From NCBI RefSeq assembly GCF_001194135.2, contig NC_068993.1, positions 44,745,460 through 44,809,459 of the forward strand: DNA of 64,000 nucleotides. Direction: 5' to 3'. Source of the DNA: Octopus bimaculoides (Eukaryota). The position numbers were made by a program, and so were the translations under genes. Of this stretch, positions 53,201 through 63,581 are shown piece after piece (positions within the stretch are counted from its first letter, which is position 1; each line of letters starts with the position of its first letter). A model generated the notes under the pieces. The model had not been told where the DNA came from, did no database searches, and saw only the letters and a list, made by a program, of their open reading frames with translations.

Positions 53201-56200
53201 GCCTCAATAAATTGTCTCAACCATGGAAGCATAAGAAAGAGGACACTAATATAGTGATGAAGATGATGATTATGGTAAAAGAAGCATTTATGAAATAAAT
53301 GTAGAACAGCTATGAATGATAACTAAATGGGATATCTAGGGTACACTGTACAAAGGCAAAACTATTTTGAGTTAAAGAAGTACTCTACTTAACCTCTCTA
53401 CAAAGGTTAGCTAATAGTTGAGATACATAAGCTGTAATGCTTGAGGAATCTTGGGGACTTAGTAAAATTTGTCAGTTCTATTAAGCAAAAGTGGTAGCTT
53501 CTATGAAGTCACTTAAGACAGTAGGATGTGATATGAGAGAAATCTAACTACTACTTCTAGCTTATCTAAACAGACTGATGCAACATAACAAATACTATTT
53601 CACCAATGAATTTGGTGATCAACAACCTCTGCAAGATATTGCTGCACTAAATAGCGTGTGTTGCAGAGAGAGGAGGAGTGATACTCAGGAACATCATCAT
53701 TGTTGGTTTTAATGTCCACTTTTCCATGTTTGCATAGATCAGATAGAATTTGTTGGAGCAGGTTTTTTTTTTAATTTTATAACTGGATGCGTTTCTTGTC
53801 ACCATCCCTCACTTGTTTCCAAGCAAGGTAATATTTCTCCATTGAAAATAAATAAGCAACTTTGCTTGTATGATTGATATTTATTTATAATCACATGATA
53901 TGAAAACAAGGATACATACAAACATATACGACAAACATCCTTCAGTTTCCAACTACCAGATGCACTCACAAGGCTTTGGTCAGCCAGTAGAAGATACTTG
54001 CCCAAAGTGTCGCACAGTGTGACTAAACCCAAGACCACATGGTTAAGAAGTAAGCATCTCAACAAAGTCATACCTGCAATAAATAAAGTTCCTCTAGTCT
54101 CCAATTCAGATTCCTTCCATTGGTTGGAGAGCTGTCGACAGAGCAATTAATGTACCAAGATTTTCGCTCTAAACACAATCATCACTTCTCACAGATGCCT
54201 TTTTCGCTAACAAAACTGTCTAATATTTTCCTCTTAAAAATAAGGCTCTACATTGGTAAACTTCTGTGTGTAAGTGGTTCTCAACCTTTTGTAAGTCACT
54301 TGTTTTACAGAATGGCATTTTACAAACACTCCACATATTACAAAAGAACACCTTATCAAAAAATAAAAACTCCATCAGGAACTCATTTTGCAAAGTGATT
54401 TATAAATCCTATATTCTTATATTCTCCTGCCCAGTTCCAGTATGTACTTGATATTTGTGTGGAATAGTGCCCTGTACATTGCAATTTTATGGAAATTACT
54501 GAAGGAAAAGATTTATGCAATGAAATCATAACGGACTTTGGGTGCATCACCAGTCATATTTCTGCTCACTGATAACATGGTGTCAATCTGTATACTAATG
54601 CTGGCAAAGACTACTTTTGAAAATGTATTCAAGATATAAGTATTGCAACTGGCTTAAATATTTTACGTCAAAGAAAAATCTTGACCTCTCTAAAGCCCAG
54701 AGCCCATCACCCGTACATAACAACCACCTCCTTGTGATTTCACAATGCCCCTGGCCAAGGAACTAATATTGTCCAGATTAAGAACCATTGTGCAAGATAC
54801 AGTTAACATCTAATAAAGATTAGTTTCTTTTGATAGGTATGTAAGGCAAATTGAACCACAGCTATACAACAACAGGAGATGATAGTCAATACATATAAAG
54901 ATATACTTACGCTTGTTTACCATTAGGTCCAGTTCCATCTGTACAATAGAAATGTAGGAATGACAATGAAGACAATAAAATATGTTGACAGCAAATTTCA
55001 TAAAGTGTTAAAATATCAAATAGGACAAGCAATAGAGTAGTTCTTAAAATAAATTGTGGCTAAAATCAAATCCTCATATTTATCTATTGAATGACTTTTA
55101 AAAACTTAAACAGGCCCAATGTCTGCTTGGTATGGTTTCTATGGCTGGATGTCTGTAGTGAGACAGAAAAGAGCTATTTTGTTGTGGTGGCATAGCGAAG
55201 TTGTGCTATGGCCACTTCATCCAATCAGAGCTGGCTGTGGAAGGATACATGTGGCAACTTCTGCTCAACAGTATCTGTGCCTTTTGCAAATAGCTAAACG
55301 AGTTGCGGATTTGACAGCGAGGAAGCAACATCGCTTTCATCAAAATGGCACATCTATGTTCAACACCAGCTTAGAGAGTTGCAGCATTGATGGCCTTAGA
55401 ACAACATCACCCCTTCTGATATGCAACTATGACAGTGTACACTACCAATGCTGTGCAACTCATTTCACTTATATCTGTTTACACTCTGTGGCATTGAAGC
55501 CACCCAAAAGAAATACATCGTAGGTCATGTGAATTTCTTCAGGTCTTGTTACACTAATTGTTTAACATTCACACATCAATACAAGTTAAATAAATATTAT
55601 ATAGATTTTTCCTTTCCTGAAGTCATCATCATCATCGTTTAACATCTGCTTTCCATGCTAGCATGGGTTGGACGATTTGACTGAAGACTGGTGAAACCGG
55701 ATGGCAACACCAGGCTCCAATCTAATTTGGCAGAGTTTCTACAGCTGGATGCCCTTCCTAACGCCAACCACTCAGAGAGTGTAGTGGGTGCTTTTACGTG
55801 TCACCCGCACGAAGGCCAGTCAGGCGGTACTGGCAACGGCCACGCTCGAAATGGTGTCTTTTAGTGTGTATACATTTTTCTGGCAGACTGTATGTGTGTG
55901 CTATGATCATCATCATCAGCAGCATCATTTTAACNNNNNNNNNNNNNNNNNNNNNNNNNNNNNNNNNNNNNNNNNNNNNNNNNNNNNNNNNNNNNNNNNN
56001 NNNNNNNNNNNNNNNNNNNNNNNNNNNNNNNNNNNNNNNNNNNNNNNNNNNNNNNNNNNNNNNNNNNNNNNNNNNNNNNNNNNNNNNNNNNNNNNNNNNN
56101 NNNNNNNNNNNNNNNNNNNNNNNNNNNNNNNNNNNNNNNNNNNNNNNNNNNNNNNNNNNNNNNNNNNNNNNNNNNNNNNNNNNNNNNNNAAAATCCACTC

Positions 56201-57865
56201 ACAAGGCTTTGGTCAGCCAAGGGCTATAATAGAAGACACTTGCCAAGAGTGTCACACAGTGGGACTGAAACCAAAACATGGTTGGGAAGCTGACTTAACA
56301 CCTGTGTGGAAATAAGTGTGTAAGAAAAAAAAAAAAGCAATCAACTCAAAACTAAGTTTGATTTAGATTTGTTACTAAAAGTTTCATAGATGCTGTTTGC
56401 ACTGTGAAACTTTTATAAGAAACTAGGTAAATATAACATTGTCACACAAAGATATTTGGTCCCTTATATATACGGGTACATTATACTGGTTAATGCTCAC
56501 CCCTAATGACAAAAAGATAAAACAGACAACTTACCTGAAGCTGCAATGGACACTTTTGGATCAACACCGCCCAAGCCTTTTGAAGCTATTTGAGAACTAG
56601 GAATGCTGCCTGTAATAGATGTTGTGCTTGTTGTGGTTGAAAACAAGCCAAAACCTGAAGTTCCAAGACCGAAGCCACTGCTGCCTCCAAGTGTTGAAGA
56701 TTGCACACCTAAGATTGGCATAAAAAAAAAAAAAGAAAAAATAATAATAAATAAAACCAAAAATTTAACAGAAACAATAGATTTTTCTGATACAAACATT
56801 GTTCATGCAAACTTAAATTATCCTATTTTCTCATCCACAGCCATAAATAACTAAAATGTTATTTTCCCTCTTTCCAGCAGGAATATCTCCTCTACAGCAT
56901 GACACCAGTTCCTCCTGGTATAAAGACACCTTCCTCAATACTGCACCTCATTTTCAGCTGAAGGGTCTTATCTTGCAAGTTATTAAGCGGTGACCTCACT
57001 AGTGCCACTGCTGTGTAAAAGGCACCAATTACATTCTCTAAAGTGGTTGGTATTAGGAAGGGGCATCCAGATGTAGGAAACACGCTAAAGAAGACAGCGC
57101 TCAGCTTGTCAGATCCTGTTGAACCATTCAATTCACACCAGCATGGGAGTAGGATGATGGTGATGATAAATCACAATCAACTGACTTAAAGGGTCAATGT
57201 AATGTAGGAATGCCTTTGAGCCTAAAAACATTCAACCCTTTAGCATTCAGATTAAAAAATCAAATGTAGTACTTATTTATTCACATTGTTTTACTTTTAG
57301 AATGACATTGTAAGGTAGGTGTGAGAGGCCAGATCTGGTCAGTTTAAACATAAAAAGGTAAAATACTTGGGCTGGATATGGCTAGTTTGTATGCTAAAGA
57401 GATAAAACAGTATCTATATATTTTTTAATTACTGAAATCAATTTGCCAGACATACTTGGTCTGGTGAATCCCTCGTAATTTGATCACCTACTGTTTTTAA
57501 TCAGTTACTGCTAATCCACAAGGTATTGATCAGCCCAAGTCTATATTAGAAGATGCCTTGCAGTGAAACTGATCCCAAAACCATGTGGTTGCAAAGTGAG
57601 CTTCATAGCTACACAGTCATGCCTACACTTTTCCACAACAATTCAAACTAAAGACTAGCCATATTACCTGCCCCAGCTGATAATTGTATCCCCATCCTAG
57701 GATGATGTAAAATGAGCATGGGCATTTCCATGCTCATTCCCTTTCAAATGCGTGCATGCACACACACAAACACAAATGCATACATACCAAAACCAGCACT
57801 GGTAGTTGCAGGACCACTCAAACCAGAGAAAGAAAAACCAGTTGCAGGCGCGGTGCTTGTTAGAC
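21040..57865 (-). CDS. NUP58: Nucleoporin Nup58/p58-p45 (NUPL1), 12 exons, N-terminus not found in window
   Basis: Exons in transcript order: 57865-57788, 56708-56535, 54938-54911, 52666-52601, 51578-51404, 51150-51071, 50213-50095, 48738-48656, 47487-47286, 46626-46459, 32531-32457, 21278-21040. All GT-AG, continuous phase, 1487 nt. FG regions flank a coiled coil resembling Nup58 as recalled (ISRMSTKSMIKVQ, ELKNTE, LKEKYLNYRRIFLGDTKDVFE, GPNPF) and it ends FQLQKPPPPASKRGKR*, like the vertebrate LQLKKPPAGNKRGKR* end. Confidence 0.93.
21588..21798. mobile_element. piggyBac-like MITE family 1 (TTAA target site)
   Basis: TTAA-CCCTTTAGCATCC ... GAATGCTAAAGGG-TTAA; related copies 21808-21966 (inverted, partial), 34682-34888, 36475-36694, about 50340-50452, 57236-57401, about 58532-59060. 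Confidence 0.8.
22313..22506. mobile_element. Tc1/mariner-superfamily (pogo/Tc2-like) MITE
   Basis: TA flanks at 22311-12 and 22507-08; 26-bp TIRs CCATATTCGATGGCATATAAGATGGA / CTGTATTTGATGGCATAAAAGATGCA (5 mismatches). Confidence 0.75.
22529..22762. mobile_element. Degenerate hAT-like MITE
   Basis: CAGTGGTCCTCAAC ... TTGAGAACCATGG termini; no TSD verified. Confidence 0.5.
24058..24157 (-). other. Candidate 100-nt cassette exon in NUP58 last intron
   Basis: tgtgtattcag| ... TCG|gtaagg; open in the phase-0 frame for 33 codons, early TAG in the phase-1 frame. Confidence 0.35.
27553..27940 (+). mobile_element. Full-length tRNA-headed SINE with (GAT)n tail
   Basis: Same head as 7698 copy but different tail (ccaacccataccagcatggaaaag...gatgat); similar at 47706-48060, 52877-53272; minus copies about 45652-46030, 53692-54075. 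Confidence 0.75.
30866..31014. other. Long inverted repeat / hairpin in NUP58 intron
   Basis: Stems of 21, 12 and 13 bp; see findings. Confidence 0.9.
32457..32531 (-). CDS. NUP58: NUP58 FG exon (GFSCFGQGSTSGFSFGSNTAAVKPL), two candidate donors
   Basis: tttcag| acceptor; proximal donor TAG|gttagt (75 nt, phase 1-1); distal donor GTG|gtaagg after 32446. Confidence 0.85.
35382..35476. repeat. (GT)~47 microsatellite at the end of a SINE head
   Basis: Direct reading. Confidence 0.97.
38450..40820 (+). mobile_element. Decayed RTE-clade LINE ORF2, interrupted by a SINE and by an inverted RTE copy
   Basis: TIKNMKVGKVS (about 38835-38875); ICRKVCRDSICCSQ...FVCSR zinc-finger-like segment (39197-39330); SLKCLEVSIEVIDSFCNQGD...VRIRI...ELLLLLVSKG...LHGS (40175-40420); ends in GAT tail at 40786-40820. 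Confidence 0.8.
39345..40135 (-). mobile_element. Decayed RTE LINE (endonuclease + C-terminal remnants), inverted nested copy
   Basis: GDFNGYVGQH at 40099-40070; RLLEFCNVNDLTIYNINSRK at about 40005-39945; GRKSLTKIWEEV near 39470-39430. Confidence 0.8.
41385..41660 (+). mobile_element. Second RTE-type LINE C-terminal remnant
   Basis: LAVT..AMERSILGIS, HVTSFTDNRWT, YPRDRKWP resemble the RTE C-terminal motif GHV.R.TDNRWT...WYPR..KR..GRP; frameshifted. Confidence 0.75.
42191..42401. mobile_element. Tc1/mariner-type MITE with internal tandem duplication
   Basis: TA flanks; 29-bp TIR CAGGGTGTCCACAAAGTCTG(T/G)GTACATGG with 1 mismatch. Confidence 0.88.
43085..43260 (-). mobile_element. RTE LINE RT-proximal remnant
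   Basis: KDMKKEKPTRPSEIVTETLKIS resembles the RT-preceding motif K.MK.GKAPGPSGI.AEMLK. Confidence 0.65.
46459..46626 (-). CDS. NUP58: NUP58 C-terminal FG exon (GPPNIGLG...SLFGNTTAKT)
   Basis: tttcag| ... CAG|gtatgt, 168 nt, phase 1-1. Confidence 0.9.
47286..47487 (-). CDS. NUP58: NUP58 exon (TLKEKYLNYRRIFLGD...RNQQAP)
   Basis: ctgtag| ... CTT|gtaagt, phase 0-1. Confidence 0.94.
48656..48738 (-). CDS. NUP58: NUP58 exon (ELTMLLHKSHENFLALAAHFHQVHESVK)
   Basis: tttcag| ... AAA|gtaagc, phase 1-0. Confidence 0.92.
50095..50213 (-). CDS. NUP58: NUP58 exon (YFQSLFEDFEIQM...RLSPE)
   Basis: ttctag| ... AAG|gttaat, phase 2-1. Confidence 0.88.
51071..51150 (-). CDS. NUP58: NUP58 exon (ELKNTEMGQR...NVAPT)
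   Basis: ttgcag| ... TGA|gtaagt, phase 0-2. Confidence 0.92.
51404..51578 (-). CDS. NUP58: NUP58 coiled-coil exon (KYIKSEKAIRENISRM...KKESVQ)
   Basis: ttatag| ... CAG|gtatgt, phase 2-0. Confidence 0.93.
51722..52175 (+). mobile_element. Tandem dimer of Nin/Deu-domain-like SINE
   Basis: Two direct copies, each with ctttcatccttt.gg...aataa...gtaccagttga and ending gtgccaaa.tttgaaaccaatattcttatt; single copies at about 38020-38245, 42820-43032, 28685-28880 (-). Domain label is from recall. Confidence 0.7.
52601..52666 (-). CDS. NUP58: NUP58 exon (NSKVLKETQLPQQLLVCVEPL)
   Basis: tttaag| ... TAAA|gtaagt, phase 2-2; resembles vertebrate DSKALKDENLP. Confidence 0.88.
54911..54938 (-). CDS. NUP58: NUP58 28-nt microexon (DGTGPNGKQ)
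   Basis: gtacag| ... AGC|gtaagt; supplies the phase 1->2 shift required between its neighbours. Confidence 0.8.
55623..55868 (-). mobile_element. Young (GAT)n-tailed retroposon
   Basis: About 6 mismatches over about 190 nt to the reverse complement of the 58633 copy. Confidence 0.88.
56535..56708 (-). CDS. NUP58: NUP58 exon (GVQSSTLGGSSGFG...KGLGGVDPKVSIAAS)
   Basis: tcttag| ... CAG|gtaagt, 174 nt, phase 1-1. Confidence 0.92.
57788..57865 (-). CDS. NUP58: NUP58 FG exon (GLTSTAPATGFSFSG...SAGF)
   Basis: ttgcag| ... TTG|gtatgt, 78 nt, phase 1-1. Confidence 0.85.
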
Positions 57866-58094
57866 CTGCAAATTAAAATAAAACAATTATTAAACTTAAT
57901 AATTACAAGTGTGTATGAGAGAGAGAGAGACAGACAGACAGACAGAAGAGGAGGAAACATTGTTATGCTTTAATATTTTTTTCTAAATTCATTAAGTGTG
58001 CAGTGATTCCAATGAAAAACTGAAATAGTATTTATTGATAACAGATCCAATTAAGTAAGAACTCAATATAGCATCACAATGGCAGCCACATCAA

Positions 58095-58095
<1 letters not shown>

Positions 58096-58176
<81 letters not shown>
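58096..58176. repeat. (GA)~40 microsatellite, (CU)n in NUP58 pre-mRNA
   Basis: Direct reading; one interruption. Confidence 0.97.
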
Positions 58177-58177
<1 letters not shown>

Positions 58178-58229
58178 ATATGAAACTTAACAGGGAATCA
58201 ATCAATATTTTAAATATTTACAGAAGTCA

Positions 58230-58440
58230 CCTAAGTGAGGGAACCTCCACATGGTCATTCACCCTGCTAGAAATGAAAGCCAAATTTCTTTCAAATCAAA
58301 CTCCAATGTTTTAAACCAGGAACAACACACTGAATAATGTAGTTCAAGGTACAACAAAAAGACAGGATGGTTGATTACAGCTAGAACGGTTTTGACAATA
58401 GGTATGTTCAATCCAGGTTGACTGGGGTTAAACAATCAGA
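58230..58440 (+). mobile_element. Interspersed repeat family with ggggctaaacaac-type end
   Basis: ctgctagaaat..agccaaat...aagacaggatgg...ctggggttaaacaa recurs at about 680-785, 5490-5625 (-), 18440-18640, 22790-22900, 30000-30070 (-), 41170-41330 (-), 60760-60820 (-); class unassigned. Confidence 0.6.
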
Positions 58441-58632
58441 ATTAAATGCCAGTTCAAGCCACCGTCTTGTAAAATCAATCTGACTGAGAAAGGAAACTAA
58501 AGTAGTAAAGGCCTTGCTAGCTGGAGGCTTACCTATTTTACCATTCAGATTACTTTGGTCAAGTGTAATGCTTACTTATTCACATTGTTTTGAATTAATC
58601 ATGCGTTATCTCATAGATTAAAGATTTTTGAT

Positions 58633-58947
58633 GGCCGTTGCCAGTACCGCCTGACTGGCTCCCGTAGGATTTTCGAGTGAGATCGTTGCCAGTGCCCCTG
58701 GACTGGCTTGTGCGGGTGGCACATAAAAGACACCATTTCGAGCGTGGCCGTTTTCGTGCGGGTGACACGTAAAAGCATCCACTACACTCTCTGAGTGGTT
58801 GGCGTTAGGAAGGGCATCCAGCTATAGAAACTCTGCCAAATTAGATTGGAGCCTGGTGTTGCCATCCGGTTTCACCAGTCCTCAGTTAAATCGTCCAACC
58901 CATGCTAGCATGGAAAGCGGACGTTAAACGATGATGATGATGATGAT
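58633..58947 (+). mobile_element. Young (GAT)n-tailed retroposon inserted inside a piggyBac-like MITE
   Basis: MITE halves at about 58532-58632 and 58948-59060 rejoin; element has repeated internal modules. Confidence 0.88.
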
Positions 58948-61413
58948 TTATTTTTCAGAATGACATTGAAGGGTAGGTGTAAAAGACCGGATCTGGACAT
59001 TTTTAACATAAAACAGGTGGAATATTTGGGCCTGGCATGGCTGGTTTAAATGCCAAAGGGGTAGGAGCTGTTCAATAATAGAAACATACAAACACAAAGG
59101 AGTTGATTTGAGCAGCATTCACCTGTATATTTTGAAGAAGAAAAAAAAGAAAAAAGAAAGACGATGCTCCTAAAGACAAATATGACTCCTCAGTCAATAT
59201 TAGAATTCCCTTTCTGACATAGGTGGGTTGGATAGAACTGCAAATTTCATAGTATTTTATGTAAATCATTTCAATGTTTAATAATTTCCAATTCTGGTAT
59301 GGCTTAGTCAAGTCACTTAAGCAGTATCTGAATACCTCATTAACCACATTTTTGAGGGGGCTGGATGTTCTTGTGCTAGACAATATAAGTCTTCCCATAC
59401 AGCTACTTCCATCTGGCATGCACAAATCAGCCGTCATGACTGAAACAAGCTGTATTGGTTTTTGAAATATATTTTATGGATGCAGGTGTGGCTTGTGTGG
59501 TAGAGAAGCTTGCTTCCCAACCATGTGGTCTTGAGTTCAGTCACAATCAGTGGCACCTTGGGCAATGTCTTCGACTATAGCTCCAGGCTGAGGGTGGATA
59601 TGGTAGACAGAAACTGAAAGCAGTCTGTTATGTCTTCCACACTGAATTAGCTAGGAGAATTCATTGAAATAAACCTTATTCTAGTCTATTGTGAACTTAT
59701 TCACTCTAGAAAGAGTGAAATCAGTAATGCCCAATTGTAAATTTTTTAAATTCATACTGTTAGAAATTCATCATAATTTTACTGGCTAAATGCATGTTTA
59801 TATGTATTATATATAAATTACATGGAGATCATAATGGATGGAAACCCCTGTAATGGTTGCTGCGATTTTTGATGCAAGGATTTCCCCGTCATTGCCTATT
59901 TCCAATCCACATCTGCAGCTGGGTATGAACTCATTACTACAAGATAGCAAAAACACTGATAACTACTGCTGCTGATAAATGAATTGCTACATTAGTTCCA
60001 ATACAAAACACTGGAATTTTTACAGCCCTGGTTGCTGAATGAATTATACTATCCTCTAAGTTAGTTGTTGCATATTGCCAGGTAGGCCTGTAAGAATAGA
60101 TTTGTGACTAAAGGTTTTCCAACCATGACCACCCTGTTCAACTGTTTCTTCACTATCTTGGAGGTCTACCCTAACATTTTATCACTTTCTGCCCCCATGT
60201 CTTTTAAAATGTGAGAAGTCCTGTCGCTGCTCTACAGCAAGAATCCTTATTCAGCTCTGACCCTTTCTCTCATATTTTACCCCTTTATCCCTTATACTCC
60301 AAGCATAAAGTTCCTCCCTTCCCACTCAGGGTTTGTAACCTTGCAAACTGCAAGGTGACCTCACTGGTGCCATGAAAAAATTTACCAAATACACACTACA
60401 AAATGGTTGGCATTAAGAAGCTGTAGAAACCATACTAAACAGACACTGAAATATTGGGTTATTGCAACAAATTTTATTCAACAAAAACATCTTTAAATGA
60501 CAGTCTGACCGTCTGCCAAGCAAATGGGAAGTAGTAATTGAAGTAGATGGTGAATATGCTCCAGAATAATCATTTAAAGATGTTTTTATTGAATAAAATT
60601 TGTTGAAAAAAAGCTGCAATAATTATGCACCAACCCAATACAATGTGGTTCTTGGGTCCATCAAATCCTGTCATTGTCTAACCCATACCAGCAAGGAACA
60701 GAGATGTCAAATGATGATGATGATGGCAATTATCCATTGCCTTTTCATTTTGAAGATAGGATTATTTTGAAAGAAATTTGACTGCTATTTCTAGAAAGCC
60801 AAGCAACCACACAGAAGCCTCCTTATTGGCTCAAGGTGAATAGCTGTGGTGGTAGATCCAATGTTTTACATGGGGGTTGGAGGGAGGGCTAGAAGGACTG
60901 AAAAGGAGGCAGACAAATTGCCATGTCTAATAAAATTAAGAAAACTTTCAGTTATCTTTAAAATACCATGATGAAGAGAGAATTAGATAAGGAAGGGTAC
61001 CATAAAATTTTACTAATATTTTCAGATGGCTCTGGTATTCATTAGTTTGAGAACTGCTGATAGAGTTGTTACTGTACTGCTAAAGATCACAATCCTCGCT
61101 TAAAATTTCTGAGTTGTTTCCCTACCCTCACCTTTTTTTTTTTTTTTTTTTTTTTAGCTATAATTAAGTCTAAGATAATCACTGATTTCATTGCTAAGGG
61201 TGTGATTTAAAAATTTGAAATACATCACATTTCTCAGAAGATAATGAAGGCTATTAAACCTAATGTACACTTTCAACTTGTTATTTATGTTGTTTTGACC
61301 ACACTTTATCTCAATCAAATGCATCAACATAATTTAACACCCGTTTTTAATGTTGACATGGGTTGGACACTTTGACAGAGCTCAATGAGCTGCATCAGGC
61401 TCCAATGTCTTAA

Positions 61414-61690
61414 CCCATTACCTACCAGTGATCTCATATGAGATCACTTAAAAATTACAAATTTCGTAATTATCTGTCAATATTTACACATATCTAACCT
61501 TTTTGCTATAACTACTAGGTATATTTCTCTGATATTCAAATGAGGTTTGCTAATTTTTCACCCAATATCTTGCTTATTTCTATTTAAAATGTTATTTTGA
61601 TCATTCCAGTGTGTTTCTAAGGCTGTTTTATGCTAGAAATCAAAGTTTCATAAAAAAATTCCAGTTAATAGAATTATGGGAGGTAATGGG
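61414..61690. mobile_element. piggyBac-like MITE family 2
   Basis: TTAA-CCCATTACCTACC ... GGGAGGTAATGGG-TTAA; 22-bp perfect palindrome at 61427-61448. Confidence 0.8.
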
Positions 61691-62528
61691 TTAATGTCAA
61701 CCATCTTTTTTTTTTTTCATGACACTGTCTTTAGTGAGGTTGCCAAGTAACATGCAAGACAAAATAAAAAAGAGTAAAAGAAAAAANNNNNNNNNNNNNN
61801 NNNNNNNNNNNNNNNNNNNNNNNNNNNNNNNNNNNNNNNNNNNNNNNNNNNNNNNNNNNNNNNNNNNNNNNNNNNNNNNNNNNNNNNNNNNNNNNNNNNN
61901 NNNNNNNNNNNNNNNNNNNNNNNNNNNNNNNNNNNNNNNNNNNNNNNNNNNNNNNNNNNNNNNNNNNNNNNNNNNNNNNNNNNNNNNNNNNNNNNNNNNN
62001 NNNNNNNNNNNNNNNNNNNNNNNNNNNNNNNNNNNNNNNNNNNNNNNNNNNNNNNNNNNNNNNNNNNNNNNNNNNNNNNNNNNNNNNNNNNNNNNNNNNN
62101 NNNNNNNNNNNNNNNNNNNNNNNNNNNNNNNNNNNNNNNNNNNNNNNNNNNNNNNNNNNNNNNNNNNNNNNNNNNNNNNNNNNNNNNNNNNNNNNNNNNN
62201 NNNNNNNNNNNNNNNNNNNNNNNNNNNNNNNNNNNNNNNNNNNNNNNNNNNNNNNNNNNNNNNNNNNNNNNNNNNNNNNNNNNNNNNNNNNNNNNNNNNN
62301 NNNNNNNNNNNNNNNNNNNNNNNNNNNNNNNNNNNNNNNNNNNNNNNNNNNNNNNNNNNNNNNNNNNNNNNNNNNNNNNNNNNNNNNNNNNNNNNNNNNN
62401 NNNNNNNNNNNNNNNNNNNNNNNNNNNNNNNNNNNNNNNNNNNNNNNNNNNNNNNNNNNNNNNNNNNNNNNNNNNNNNNNNNNNNNNNNNNNNNNNNNNN
62501 NNNNNNNNNNNNNNNNNNNNNNNNNNNN

Positions 62529-62556
<28 letters not shown>

Positions 62557-62559
<3 letters not shown>

Positions 62560-62778
62560 GGTGCAATGTTCAGAATAATAAATGAATAAATTGTTGTCTA
62601 AATTACACAAAAATGAAAATAACACTGACATCTCATTTTAACAGATATATTTACCAAAATGACAGAAAAATATCTTGAAATGCTAAAGAGTAAATTTATT
62701 TAATAAAATCACCATTGGGCTCGTGCAGCATTGATTTTGGCAAGAAAAAAAAATTGGATAGTTTTTGAATGCACCTCA
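62557..62778. mobile_element. Possible mariner-derived MITE
   Basis: TA-CAGGGTGCA ... TGCACCTCA-TA; TIRs poorly matched. Confidence 0.4.
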
Positions 62779-63330
62779 TAAATGCATACAAATATGTATC
62801 TGTGTTTTTGTGTGCATATATAGTATGTGAAAAAAACCTGTAATGAAGTTTTAATTAAAACTTCTTATGGCTATTTTGTTAAGAACATTGCTCCCCAGTC
62901 AAACAGGTTTTGGACTCAGTTCCACTGTAGGGCACTGTGGGCAAGTGTCTTCTACCAAACATTTCTGAGTTGATTTGTTTGAGGGAAACTTTAGTCAATC
63001 TGAGGCTATGGTGAAGGACACTTGCCCCTAGAACTGCACAATGAGAAGTCCACACCTAGACTTATGCTAATCCTAAGAACCTGTAAAGGTTACTTGAACA
63101 AGTGAAAGCAGTGAGGACTTTTACATAGAGTATTTGAGGACCTCACTTGTGCTGGTGGAATGAAAAAAAGCACCCAATACACACTGTAAAGTGGTTGGTA
63201 TTAGGAAGGACATCCGGCCATAGAAATCATGCCAAAGTAGACAATGGAGCCTGGTGAAGCTTTCTTTCTTTGCAAGCTCCTATCAAACTATCCAACCCAT
63301 GCTACATGGAAGACTGATGTTTGATGATGA

Positions 63331-63362
<32 letters not shown>

Positions 63363-63364
<2 letters not shown>

Positions 63365-63581
63365 CATCATCATCATCGTTTAACGTCCGCTTTCCATGCT
63401 AGCATGGGTTGGACGATTTGACTGAGGACTGGTAAAACCGGATGGCAAAGCCAGGCTCCAATCTGATTTGGCAGAGTTTCTACAGCTGGATGCCCTTCCT
63501 AAAGCCAACCACTCAGAGAGTGTAGTGGGTGCTTTTATGTGTCACCCGCACGAAGGCCAGTCAGGCAGTACTGGCAACGGC
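63363..63581 (-). mobile_element. Young (GAT)n-tailed retroposon within a (TA)n tract
   Basis: Near-identical to the 55623 copy; (TA)n on both sides; older opposite-orientation tail copy at about 63140-63330. Confidence 0.85.

Noticed and set aside
59090-59122. 33-nt phase-compatible candidate exon upstream of the first identified NUP58 exon (- strand, good splice sites)
   Set aside because: The peptide GECCSNQLLCVC is unlike an FG nucleoporin and has no other support; junction reads would be needed.
61697-62631. Long ORFs of 288-304 aa in the ORF track (also 6512-6835, 55788-56315, 38143-38550)
   Set aside because: They are artefacts of translating N gaps as X.
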